A DNA stretch of 64,000 nt from Tubulanus polymorphus (taxonomy: Eukaryota; Animalia; Nemertea): NCBI RefSeq assembly GCF_964204645.1, contig NC_134026.1, forward strand, positions 21,424,150-21,488,149. Reading direction: 5' to 3'. Below the pieces are notes generated by a model, which saw only the letters and a list, made by a program, of their open reading frames with translations, was not told the origin of the DNA and did not search any database. Of the stretch, positions 1 to 10,900 are shown piece after piece. How positions within the stretch are numbered: the stretch's first letter is position 1; each line of letters starts with the position of its first letter. The translations under genes were made by a program, and so were the position numbers.

Positions 1-277
1 TAGTTGCAAACTGTTTTAAGGCCGCACACGCATACCCAATACCGGTTAAAGGGCCCAGTGTAAAAAACATTCACCACTTCAAGGTTAATCAAGGTTATAA
101 TAACGCGCAGTGTTTCAGTAGTTGAATGGATCTACACTTAAAGCATCTGCTTCAGAGACTATCCGCACACATTTTTAGACGCTTCTATTTAGTTCATTAT
201 GTTATGATATATTATGGGCTCATCAAACTACAACAGTACATAGCGATCCTCAATATCTATGGAAGGTCCTTTTTTGC

Positions 278-437
278 CACAGGGACTTGTCACAATTGAT
301 AGTAAATGAATAAAACCAATATCAATGACCAGGTCCACTATCCCTGTATAATGTAAATTATTTTATTGTACAGTTGCAGGGATACTGGTACCCCCATCAT
401 TGGTCTCATCCATTATCAATCATGACAAGTCCCTGTG
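278..437. repeat. Imperfect palindromic (MITE-like) element in intron 1 of the PIPOX paralog
   Basis: cacagggacttgtca..attgat (278-300) is the reverse complement of atcaat..tgacaagtccctgtg (415-437); weaker pairing continues inward. Confidence 0.55.
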
Positions 438-749
438 TTTTTTGCAGTCTGACTGATGCCATTTTAGGTTTTATAATAATCATTGTTTTTCCCAGTCCCA
501 ATAATGACTTCTTTTTTCCTATCTCAATAGATTTCAAGCATCTGCTTCGATCCATCAGATAGATGAGTTATTTTTCAATCTTAAATTTGTACCCTCTAGA
601 TACATTAACGACGATTTAAAAGGCCGCCATTTTGTATCGACGATCTGGGGTCTAACGTAATTTAGATGACGGGTTCAAAGAACAACGGCTAGACCAGGCT
701 ATATCATGCAATCTTGACTTTGACGATATGGGGTTCCATAAGAAGGTAC

Positions 750-854
750 CTGTTCCAACAGAAGAGTTGTGTTGCCATCGCGTGCCAACTGATAAGCAGT
801 GCAGGACCCTTCAATTCCTGCTCCTATTACCGCAACGTCAAAAATAGTCGCCAT
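750..854 (-). CDS. PIPOX: First coding exon of a tandem PIPOX/sarcosine oxidase paralog (remainder presumably left of the window)
   Basis: [35 protein letters not shown] followed by a GT donor. It has the GxGxxG FAD-binding motif and the same intron position as exon 1 of the complete copy (4977-5099). Confidence 0.8.
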
Positions 855-1364
855 CTTGATGATCATGTGACCCACAAACGTCATTTTGTGGGTTCGAGTC
901 CTGTATAATTCATGAGAATTCCATTCGTTTTTTCAAAGATTCTTTATTGTACAAACATTCGTAAATAATTATAAAGGTGTCTTATGTAAAATTACTGACA
1001 AATTGCTTAAATACGAACAAATTACAGTCAGTTGGTCTCCAGATTAAATGAACACCATCTTCTTTGACATTGATTTATGAACTAAATCAATTTCAACAAT
1101 CTGTTTCCATGCCCACGACTGAAAAATTATTTTCTTTTCAAAACTCATGGTTTCTAGGCATGGAAACATACTGTTAAATATTAAGAAAAGGAGACTTGAG
1201 CAATTCTTCAATAAAGTGTAAAATGGAAATAAATGGTTTATTCAGACTGCACAATTTCACTGGTTGCATTAACACCAAATCAAAGTGTGTTTATGCGATT
1301 GATCCCTGAAAAATCTAATCTGTACTTTAGATCCAGTGGAACTGGGTGGTCCCATTAATACAGA

Positions 1365-4300
1365 CTAGAGGGAGCTTTTTGGAACCTTGTCAAATCGATT
1401 CATGCATAAAGGTTTCATATCATGAGCCGGTTTTTCACCAGTGACTAGCTGCTTCAACAGTTTACCAACTACTGGTGCTAACTTGAACCCATGACCTGTC
1501 ATAAAAGATAAATTTAGGGATGAAATATGAAAAATATGAGCTTATCTAGTTAAATGCAAGATTCAATTCAGGGGTTCTCACCTGAAAAGCCAGCGCCTAT
1601 CACAATGTTTCTGTATTGTGGATGGTAGTCTAGGATAAAGCCTTCATCAGGAGTCATCTGGTTGAATGAAAAAATTGAAGTAGAACATAGTATAAAGTAG
1701 GCCTACTGGTGCATATAATCAGGAGGAAAAGTCAACTATCTGGACCCTATCCCATACTTGGCAGTTGAATTAGACCCATAAGTAAGTCAAGGTTCTGCCA
1801 GTACTTAGAAGCACACGTTTAAGTTAGACTCCATGAGCAAATAATTGGAAATGAACTTAATATTCTAACTTTAGTCTCAACCTTAGTTTATAACTGTGGA
1901 AGTGCCGGGTCCTGCATAAATACATCGGTAATAAATGAACATAGTACCATAGTAACTTACAGTATATATGCATGTTTCAACAACTGAAGGTACAGGCTCC
2001 AATCCAGGGAAGTGCTCTTTAACATGCTCTACACATCTTTCGATGTACTCTTTGCTGGCCTCCGCTTTATTATCACGGTTATCAGGATCAATATCTGGAC
2101 CACCATGGAATGCTACCTACGATCATAATAAAACCAGAAGGCACTGACAATACTGGCGAAAGATTTCAGTGTTCCTAATTTCATTGTGTCTCAGTGTTAG
2201 CTGGCACACTCTAATGAATTACCTTTGTGTGCTCATGGTATTCGTATGCCGGGATTGTATAGTAAAACATCTTTGTATTAAAGTCCTTGAAAACTGTTAT
2301 GGGACATTGTTCAAATCCATAAGTTCCTGGAATCTTCTCTTTGAAATAGCAGACCACTACGCGAACAGGCTGAAAATGAGGTATGGTAAATCCTATGAGT
2401 ATTACAGATATATTGAAATGTTCAGCTTTAATGCCAGTTAATATAGTAACCTGGATGGGAAGTTTGACTCGCAGTGGTTTCAGTAACTTTGTCGTCCATG
2501 GTCCGGCGGTTATGACAACCTTTTTAGCTCTGTACAGGTTTTTATTTGTGTGTATATCGACTACATCACCAGGGACGATATCCTGCACCTTTTCACCATC
2601 ATGTAAAACTCCACCGAACTTCCTGAATAGACCCTTGAACAGAAAGAAGATCAAACAAACTTATTCAATCTATAGATATTTGTGATTTATCAGTTACACA
2701 GCCTTGAGGTCCTGATGATTATCATGTTAATGTATAAACAGTTCATATATTTTGTACTTCGATAATCATTTAAAAAATCAGAACAAATGAAATAAAATAC
2801 AACTCAGATCAATTGACCTTATAAATATTGGTTCTATTAGTATTCAAAATTTTTTGTCCTGAATTGTTTGATTCAATCAGACTTCAGGCAATTCATCATC
2901 TATTAGTGTTTGTGAAAATGAAACAGGGGGTCCTTAGAGAGCCCAAGGCCTTTTTTCAAATTACTTGGAGTATAAATCTGCCTCCCAGAATTCTGCAAAA
3001 ATCATCTAATTGAATAAAATTCTTTCTGCTATAACCGTCATGATTTTCAATCTAGTAACTTTAAGTTATGTTCGTCTTAATTTTCAATCTTATGATTTGC
3101 CAAAAATGTATTTCTTTTTATTTCTCCCATCAATTGAGTCAAATCCATCAAAATTTTCACTCCTTTTTAATTCTTTTTTTCTGCAGTCCTTCCAAGGATT
3201 AGTGTGGAAAATACTCAAATAATCAAAAAAATAATTTTAATTTTTCCTGTTCCCTTTCATCGTACAACGCCTATTATAATAACCTTTTTTCCCTTAGCCC
3301 TCCCATTTTTTCTTACCTGTACAGCAGCAAGGCATTGATCAGCTTTCAAAATTCCGGCCTCATGATCCAGCATAAAAAGATCGGCATCCTCTTCATACTT
3401 GAACATCGGAAACTCTGACCGCACTTGCTCCTTAGTGTAAACTCTGTGCTTGACATTGTTTCGAACCATTGATCCTCGGACAATTTGGCTCTGTTTACGA
3501 TCCTCGTATAAACTAACTACCAACATCGAAGCCGGTCTACAATTGAAAATACAGTTAGCCTGTTTGTTCATAGTTGTAACTGCTTTAAGTATTGAATGCC
3601 ATGAAGAGAAAAACACGCTAGATCTTAAACGACTGCTTTTTTTCTTAACGTATCGGGTGGATTACTTCCACCAATCTTCAGAATTTATTCTAAATTGAGA
3701 TATGATTACAATTCGTGCAGGGTCGCTCTAACTCACACCATATCACTCATTTACCACTTACCACTCTGATGATGGGTAGAAGTATTTCATCGAAGCGTTA
3801 GAAAAAAAACAAAAGCAATTGTTTTAGATCTACATTGTGGGTTTCTCCACCTGAGGCTCAATATAGGGGGAAAAAAAGCTTAGCACTTTTGTCATATTAC
3901 TGTAATATAAGTAATATGAGTAATCAAGGGCTAATCTGTTATTTTACCATATGTAAGTAACCAGTAGCTATCCTTAGTAATCTATAGTAATATGAAGTAA
4001 TAACATGTAATGGATAGTAATCTATAGTAATATGAAGTAATAAGACATAATGGATAGTAATCTATAGTAATATGAAGTAATAAGACGTAACGCATAGTAA
4101 TCTATAGTAATATGAAGTAATAACATGTAATGGATAGTAATTTATAGTAATATGAAGTAATAAGATGCTTCATATTACTATAGATTACTATCCATTACGT
4201 CTTATTACTTCATATTACTATACATTACTATGCGTTACGTCTTATTACTTCATATTACTATAGATTACTATCCATTACGTCTTATTACTTCATATTACTA

Positions 4301-5099
4301 TGGATTACTATGCGTTACGTCTTATTAGTACTTCATATTACTGGACAATACTACGTTACTGTCACACCACACTATATCAGATTAAAATACAATACTTTTC
4401 TACTGAAAAAATTTCATTCGCATTTAATATTACTTGAATTACTTATATTACAGTAATATGAAAAAAGTGTTAAGCTTTTTTTCCCCCTATAATGAGCCTT
4501 ATATAGGTTTCTCTCTTCAATACAATTAGCCTATTGAAAGTTAGTTAAAATCTCAACCGAGTTATGTAGCTCAATGCATTCTCGACATACTTGTACAATT
4601 CCTGACCAGTCATGTTTTCAATCGTTGACCACTCACTGTAGGCATCACTCATCATCTTAGTGTAAACTTCATCCAAATAGAATTTCCTGATGACCCTAGT
4701 CTGGCCATGAGAACTACCCCTCGAATGAGGTAGAAGAAACTGAAATTTAGAATGGTTAGTTCAATAGTTGGTCTGGGGAATGAATGAAATAGGCCTCTAG
4801 CGGCCACAGGTCGGGCCTGACACAAAAAGTTTTTGACCCAGTATCCTAGGTACTATGAATAAAAATACCTTTTATATATAGTACCTAGGATACTGGGGTC
4901 AAAAACTTATTGTGTCAGGCTCCCTGTGGCCTAGCTAGCGGGAGGGCCTAACTAGGCACCACACCGACCGACGTACCTGTTCTAACAGAAGTGTTTTGGT
5001 GCCATTGCGAGCTAATTGATAAGCAGTACAGGACCCTTCAATCCCTGCTCCAATCACAACAACATCAAACGTACTTTTATCATCAGCATTTGACATCAT
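1365..5099 (-). CDS. PIPOX: Peroxisomal sarcosine oxidase / L-pipecolate oxidase, 8 exons, ~394 aa
   Basis: Exons 5099-4977, 4739-4591, 3536-3317, 2633-2451, 2369-2223, 2116-1961, 1657-1582, 1495-1365 join in frame. Motifs: [36 protein letters not shown] (covalent-FAD Cys), [13 protein letters not shown]. Ends ..PKSSL* (PTS1-like). Confidence 0.93.
3619..3832. mobile_element. MITE-like inverted-repeat element in PIPOX intron 2
   Basis: tagatcttaaacgactgctttttttcttaacg pairs imperfectly with cgttagaaaaaaaacaaaagcaattgttttagatcta. Confidence 0.55.
3854..4499. mobile_element. Foldback-type non-autonomous element: ~60-bp TIRs enclosing head-to-head arrays of a 40-bp unit
   Basis: TIRs aggctcaatatagggggaaaaaaagctta.. 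/ ..taagctttttttccccctataatgagcct. The unit tagtaatctatagtaatatgaagtaataa(c/g)a.gtaatgga repeats ~5x (3976-4165), then ~4x inverted (4168-4341). Confidence 0.8.
4790..4950. repeat. Hairpin/MITE filling most of PIPOX intron 1
   Basis: gcctgacacaaaaagtttttgacccagtatcctaggtactat pairs with atagtacctaggatactggggtcaaaaacttattgtgtcaggc; outer taggcct/aggccta. Confidence 0.75.
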
Positions 5100-5279
5100 C
5101 TTTCATTTCTTGACAATTGTAGGTTTGACAAATGTCAAATTTGTTGGGAGGTCACCACACGACTGTCATGTGAGCAAATATGATCGACATCTGAAAAGTA
5201 GCACCACCTGGAAAATTGCTAATAAGATTGATTGCCTATCAAATTCTTATTTGGAACATATATTTTGTATATTCAAAGT

Positions 5280-7834
5280 TATGGAAGACCTCGGACGACA
5301 TACGAGATATGAGATATAACATACGAGATATGAGATGCAACATACGAGATACGACATATGACATACGAGATACGACTTATTTACAGTACGGTGTCTCTCC
5401 GCTAGCGCCACCGCAGTGTATGTTTTTCAATATTTACTGCATATAAATCGTTTAACATGGTGACGCGTACAGTCATCGTCAATTATATGAAAACCAACAT
5501 AGTCAACATTTAGAAAAACAAATAGATTTCTTTTGGATAATGGACACCTGGACCGGACACAACGATATTAGGCCATACTGTGAACACCCTGGACTAATTA
5601 GGCGCGCCGGCCGTTCCTCTCCCGCGGGCGACGAAAAGTTTTTCAAATCACAAAACTAAAAAGATATCAAACTGTTCAAGTTCATAATATTATGCTATTT
5701 CTTGTCTTCCTTATGGTCTGAAAACGGCCTGGTGTTCAGGAGCCGGGGTTCCGGTTACTCAATGCCTGCAGAAAAAATAACTACTGTTCACCGCCCGCCC
5801 GTAACCGCCGGCTTTTCTGCATCAGAAATCAAAATTCTAAAAAAAACTCCGCAGCCGGAAATCCCGGCCCCCTTGTACCCCTCCTCCGCTGTTTGACACC
5901 CCTGCCTGAGTTCTTGAATCCCAAACAACCCGGGAACCCGTACATCGCCCTGGTATCCAGATTAAGAACTCCCGTGCTCTCTCTCAAGGTTTGAAATCCC
6001 CAGCTAAATTCCATCCCTATCGAGCTACCGGGGCAGACTGGTGAGTCCACTAGACCAGCCGTTGAGAGTCGAGACTGGCCAGTTTTCGCTAACCGTCAGG
6101 GCAGTATGCGGCACTGTCTTTCTGAAGCCATAGTCTGGGGTACTCCCCTGAAAATTTGTTCAATTTAGGTACTTGTGTATTCTGAGGGCTTTTTGGCTAT
6201 CTTTTTTTCTGACATCTTTCATGAAAAGGGCCAATGGCTGAATCTGAATAACTTTCATAATCGGAGAATCCAATTTAAGATCATTCTTATCAATTATCAT
6301 GGCCAGTTTTAAAACTGTTTATTGACAAAAGTACAGGAACCACATAAATAAGTCTTCAGCAAAACACAAGAGCTCTTACATTTGTAAAGATAAGAGATCC
6401 ATGGAAATATCAAGTAACATTTCTTTAGACAGGAAATTAGCGGAACACCGGAACGTTGCTCGTATGGTGCGTTTGCACCCGTCGCAAAAAACGTCGTGAT
6501 AAACGAAATCAGCTGGACTAGGGCCAGGAGCTGAGAGTGATACAATGGAACTCCATTCTGATATTTAGGCCAAAAAAAATTGATACCTTGTTTCTCCGCT
6601 CTGCTGAGCTTAAATGTTGACCCGGCCGGCCGCCTATCTACCCTATACATTACTTTTTTTTAAATCGTGATCAATTTCACCATAACAGACCCGGCCGCTA
6701 TAGAAATGAACTGTTTATGAATTTTATCATATTTTACAAAAATGACCCGGCCGCTGCGGAGAAACAAGGTATCATTTTTCTTTAGCCTTAATGAATAATT
6801 CATTCAATAAATTTATGTTATCTTTAGTATTTTTAATTCATGTCCATGTTTCAATTCATTCGTTGAAATCATAGTACACTAAACAGATTCCGCGTTCGCG
6901 GACTTTTTTTAAAACTCTTTGGTCATCGGCATTCGTAATATACATACATCTTTCACTCTTCATCGAAAACCCTCGATCGAACGCGAAGTTTAAACCCTTG
7001 ACTAGGTGCAATTGTTAATGACCACCAATTTGAAGGGGCCATGGCTAACTCTTTTTGAGGGATTTTTGTACACTCAAAAATGGAATTTGAGGCGTTTTTG
7101 GTGGATTAAGGGGCTGTAGCCCCGTATTTGGAGCCAACTCGAATCACCGGACCATCGGTGTCTCACACTAAGAGTGGCCCACTGACGTCTCATCGCGAGA
7201 AGCCGGTCCCCGGGAGTGGTTGATCGAATATTTTTAAATATTTTTCGTTTCAAATGAAACGTTTTTCGCATATTGATATTCATAGTTAATGTATACGCCA
7301 CTGCCTGCGCACGTGTCGTGGTATGCGCCGCAACGCCGAGAGGAGGCCTTTTTATGCGAACCAGCAAAATCGAAATAGATTAGCTATTTAGATTATATAG
7401 CCGATTAGTGCAATTAGCATAACCGGGTATGTTGGTTGATAAAAACGCCAGGTAGAAATTATTCAATTATGGCCTACTCAGCAGCGACTTCTACTGAGAA
7501 CACCATATCGGTTGGATTAGATAATCGGCATACTTGCTCGCCGAGCGAGTATGCTGAGTATGCTAATCGATTATGATAACCAATGTTCATAAAAATGACG
7601 GATTATGACATAATCCATGCTCATAAAAACGTTTTGCATACTCGAATATACTAATCGAGTGTTCATAAAAAAGGCCTCTAAGTTGAAAAATATACACTGC
7701 GGTGGCGCTAGCGCACGGACACCCGTACTGTAAATAAGTCGTATCTCGTATGTCATATGTCGTATCTCGTATGTTGCATCTCATATCTCGTATGTTATAT
7801 CTCATATCTCGTATGTCGTCTGAGGTCTTCCATA
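5280..7834. mobile_element. Non-autonomous DNA transposon with ~150-bp TIRs and 6-bp TSD (IS3EU-like)
   Basis: TIRs 5280-~5430 and ~7683-7834 are near-identical and contain 21-bp subrepeats (catacgagata..). Termini TATGG..CCATA. Direct repeat CAAAGT at 5274-5279 and 7835-7840. No transposase ORF inside. Confidence 0.85.
6566..6790. mobile_element. Nested MITE (PIF/Harbinger-like) inside the IS3EU-like element
   Basis: TIRs taggccaaaaaaaattgataccttgtttctccgc / gcggagaaacaaggtatcatttttctttagcctta with TTA flanks; internal acccggccg repeats. Confidence 0.6.
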
Positions 7835-7980
7835 CAAAGTGGCCAATTAGTTTTTGATTCGGTTCATGATGAAAGCAATGAATTATGAATTGAATTGAAT
7901 TGAGAGCTGAATCGTCCTCCGCTGCTTTTGAAAGAACACTAGCGCATCCACATGGTTTTCACTTCCGGGTTCTGAAAATC

Positions 7981-10900
7981 ATGAAGGGTCGTAATAAGAT
8001 ACCTAAATCGGCTCGCAAAGCTGGTGCCAAAGGCAACAATAAGCGATGGAAGAAAGGGCAGAGTAGCAGCAGTAATCCAGAAACAGTAAAATATCGACAA
8101 AATGCCCGAAGCCGCTTTTTCAACAACCAGAAATCTGGTTAGTATTTTTTCCATACCGACCGACGCCGACGGCGTTCTTTCTCTTCTTTATTTGCTTGTG
8201 CCGTGGCTCGTTTCAATAAGAATTTAGATAATCAAAGTCTATCCTGCATCCAGATAAAGCCTCTTTATGCCTAAATTCTCCCTAACCCAGTCAGTGTCTA
8301 GAGGATGAGGCGTTGTATGTGTGAAGTTAGGCCCAAATCGGCAAATGAAGAACTCAAAAGGAGATTTAGCCATCTTTGAAATGGAGCCTATAACAGGCTT
8401 CTCTGTATTCTATGGATATATCCTAATTTGTTCTTTTTCTTAGGTCCAAGTGACTTAACGATTGATGCTATTACCAAACATAACCAGGCTCATCGAGACA
8501 CCGACCCAGCTGTTGATATTGACAATGAAGACGCAATAAGTGATCACGCCAAAACATTCAATACCTGGGCTACAAACTGGACTGATTGTACAAATGCAAC
8601 ATTCTCACGAGTCCATAGATTCTGGTCATCCAATTCAGAAATGCACAAGGAGGTTTGTTTTCCTTGGGCTTTCTACTTTAAATTGTCAGATTGAATGATT
8701 CAAATCTGTGACAGTCCTACTTATTTTCTAGTTGTTGGCGGTTTTAGCAGCGATTACTGAAGTCATCAAATCCCGAGGAGGAAAGGAGACGGAAACTGAA
8801 TATTTTGCAGCATTGGTTAGTATCAATTCGTACATTTATCACAGTATCCTACATAGTAATTTCTTTCACTGGGGCTCACATAGCATTGACACCCATAAAT
8901 CAGATAATTTGAGTCTTCTATTTAGTTATGAATGGACTTAAGGCCTGTTTTGATTGAAAAGTTATTGTTCCGGTAAATGATTTAGGTAATGGCTACTAGC
9001 TATGAAATGAATGTTTTTTCAACTTCTGTAGATGACCTCAATTGAAAGTGTTGATACTGAAGAATCTTTGGCAGCAATTGTGTACTTACTCAGTTTGGTG
9101 ATTAAAAGGTAATTTATAGAATCCTAATATGAAAATAAGTCGACTTTTTAGCCACTTGAGGCATAACCCCGTGGGTTATGGCGTTCAATTTCTGTATTGT
9201 TCATCTGTCCAAGATGATAGAAAATAGAATCCGGGGAAGTTTGAAGACTCTTAAATGGATTGTCTTGATCTTTGGTTTGAGGCCTATTTGTATCTACGCT
9301 GATACATCTGCTTCCCAAAAATAGGCCCGATCAGAACCAATTGGCCATTGTTGTTTGCCAAAATCAGTGCTTTTTACACATTTTTGATCAACAAATCCAT
9401 TTTTATTTACCGTTTCATCATGAAATTCTCGAGTTGACTATGACCAATAGTTTATCTAACCGAATTTTAATTCATTCCTTCAAAATTAATGTGTTAATAA
9501 TAGCGTTCTGTTAGTAAAAGATGTTTTATTTGTTTTAGACTTCCGTTCAATGTGCTGAAGGCCAAATTTTCTGAAATCGCTAAAACATTCTACGAAGTTT
9601 TGTCGCAGCACGCTGATTCCAATCATACGTCATTTCTCAAGTCGGTAAGAAGATTCAAAACAGTGTTTTGAGTCTAGACAAACCTACCCCCTACTTCTAC
9701 ATTGGTAGTTAGTAACTGATGATTGTTATCATTTTACTGTAGATATTTAAATGTTTGGCACAAGTATTCCGGGTGCAAGATGCCGTTGTGTGGAACGATT
9801 CATCCACTACTCAGATGTTTAATGGACTACTTTCCTTCGCAATTCACACTAAACCAAAGGTCTGTATCCTTATTGAATAGAACTGATTAAATGATCTCAA
9901 TTTCAAGCAGAATTATATGCCCTGTTGTATTTTGGACCACAAAATTGAAAGGAATCATATTTCATCAATCATATTTACATAATACTAGAGCCTACTTCTT
10001 ATAATGCAGTTAATAATTGTTTCCTTTATGGCCTTTGGCCTATGTCTCACTAGAATGGATGAAACTTCAAATTTTTCTATGGAACCCTGGCTACTATACC
10101 TATAATGAATCAATTTCAAATCAAGATATTTCCTTTTTGCTTCCATAGGTTAGAAAAGGAGCTCAGGAAGCAGTTTGTGCTTTGTTGAAAGGGAGTCCAT
10201 TCATGTCGCAACCGAACGCCCCTTCTCACCATCCTGCAGCTGCATTGACGGCAAGATTCTGCGTGAAGCACATCGAAGAGAGCGGAGGTACAGTATCATA
10301 TATTTAACACACGGTTACCACTTACCTGGAAAAATTGGAAAACTCAGGGAATCAGCGGATAATGCTATTGACCACATGTTTCTTTATCAATACGTGACTC
10401 AATGAGAAATGAATTAATTGTAGGCAACTCAGGGAATTTTGTGTAATCAGTTGGGAAAATCAGGGAAAACTAAGTGTTAATGGGTGGAAAGTGGCTACTC
10501 TGTAACGGGATGCAAGTCGAGCATATCGCATTGATCTATATATTTCAATTGCTGTCTGTATTGTAGGCTTGGATTCATCTACTACAACATTACACGTGCT
10601 CGGATTCCTAAAGAACATCATGGGAACATTCCCGAAACAGAGTACGAAGTCTGTGTGCGAGGCTATACTTCGTGTGATGACGCTCAGCAATGTGGTACCT
10701 TTCCTCGTTTATTACCGATCTCGAACCCTAGCCTTTTTTCAGTGTTTTGATAAAAACTTTGTGAAAATTCTTTATAGTTAATCACTTCGCAAGCTATGCA
10801 AGCGTTACACAGAATGTTTGTGTCTCAACCGAAAGAAAGTTGCTTATCGACTGAATTGAACGCGCAGCTTATCACGGTAAGAAAGTTCTATCGTATTCAA

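Noticed and set aside
1270-1367. Stop-codon readthrough of PIPOX to a cryptic PTS1
   Set aside because: The stop is TAG-TCT (not TGA-CTA) and the extension ends ..TLIWC*, which is not a PTS1.
3976-4341. 40-bp periodic repeats as a CRISPR array
   Set aside because: Units are contiguous with no unique spacers, half are inverted, there are no cas genes, and the context is a eukaryotic intron.
5216-7805. Twin ORFs 5216-5446(+) and 7587-7805(-) with IRDMRY/IRDTTY repeats
   Set aside because: They are translations of the 21-bp subrepeats in the two TIRs, not genes.
9865-9872. GTATCCTT as a U12-type donor in RRP12
   Set aside because: Protein continuity (KPK|VRK) requires the upstream GT at 9860; the intron is ordinary GT-AG.
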